Shown here piece after piece: positions 39,029 through 39,447 of a stretch of DNA of 39,447 nucleotides. Within the stretch, counting starts at the first letter, position 1; each line of letters starts with the position of its first letter. The stretch is taken from IMG/VR virus record IMGVR_UViG_3300025312_000144; one strand, given 5' to 3'. The translations under genes were made by a program, and so were the position numbers. Source of the DNA: a virus. The notes under the pieces were generated by a model. That model was not told the DNA's origin. It made no database searches and was given only the letters and a program-made list of their open reading frames with translations.

Positions 39029-39447
39029 AATCTAAATAATATATTAGCCTGATTAAAGTTCATATCGCCATTAAAAGGAGCGCCGTCTATAAAAGCCTTA
39101 TAGCCGACCTTAGTTAATTTATTATAGATTTCGGGATAACTATTATTAAAGACGGGGCTAAATTCTATAAATAAGTTATTAACTCTTTTAGCTAAAATTA
39201 AATCCCAAAGTTTCTCGATTGCGTAAACTTCGTTACCTTCTATATCAATTTTTACTAACTCTATATTACCGATTGCTAAACCGTAGTAGGGAGATTTAGC
39301 GTTAATCCATTCGTTTTTTACAGTAACCTTAGATGCTATAAGGTTCTCGGCTAAATTCTTATTTAATAAACTTAAGTTGTTTTTATCGCCGTCTATAGCT
39401 AAAACGCGGTAGCCTAGTTTAGCCGCTATTATCGTATACCAACCTAT
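39025..39447 (-). CDS. FkbM-family methyltransferase, C-terminal part (N-terminus at 342..1 across the junction)
   Basis: Hand-translated ...ENLIASKVTVKNEWINAKSPYYGLAIGNIELVKIDIEGNEVYAIEKLW...NILFRL. Its TGA overlaps the next ATG (ATGA). Bases 39349..39447 duplicate 1..99. Confidence 0.75.
   Translation of the reverse strand: MGWYTIIAAKLGYRVLAIDGDKNNLSLLNKNLAENLIASKVTVKNEWINAKSPYYGLAIGNIELVKIDIEGNEVYAIEKLWDLILAKRVNNLFIEFSPVFNNSYPEIYNKLTKVGYKAFIDGAPFNGDMNFNQANILFRL
39349..39447. repeat. 99-bp copy of the window start (1..99)
   Basis: See feature 1..99. Confidence 0.95.

Overview
The window is a complete, circularly closed genome of a tailed dsDNA phage. Bases 1..99 are identical to 39349..39447, so the unit length is 39,348 bp, and an ORF reads in frame through the junction. 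All functional calls come from motif recognition by eye and from gene order; no database search was possible.

Every convincing protein gene except one tiny ORF lies on the minus strand. In transcription order (descending coordinates, wrapping through the junction):
- An early/regulatory block (8880..6389): NinG-like protein, a small HTH protein, and two G+C-rich structured non-coding islands.
- A recombination block: PD-(D/E)XK exonuclease and small ORFs.
- A roughly 6.6 kb sugar-modification island spanning the junction (2836..1 and 39348..35542), with five glycosyltransferase domains and three methyltransferases.
- A ParB-like plus Mom-like pair, followed by a tRNA-like gene.
- Siphovirus-type morphogenesis genes: TerS/TerL, a portal-MuF fusion, HK97-type protease and capsid, connectors, major tail protein, G/GT chaperone with an A AAA AAG slip site, tape measure, Dit and Tal, and two paralogous fibre genes.
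- Lysis genes: a CHAP+LysM endolysin, a holin, and a separate membrane-anchored Rpf-like transglycosylase.

The most unusual content:
1. Two adjacent proteins (1082 and 554 aa) carry 26 and 23 copies of a 14-residue TKSLxY repeat. They sit inside a 7.3 kb insertion between the portal and the protease.
2. The large glycosyl/methyl-transferase island may decorate virion proteins.
3. Two G+C-rich structured RNA candidates flank a dense control region.
4. A cloverleaf tRNA-Gly(UCC)-like element has non-canonical D and T loops.
5. A plus-strand 43-aa hyper-acidic micro-ORF sits in a hairpin-rich island within the lysis region.

No integrase, repressor, DNA polymerase, primase, CRISPR array or reverse transcriptase was seen.
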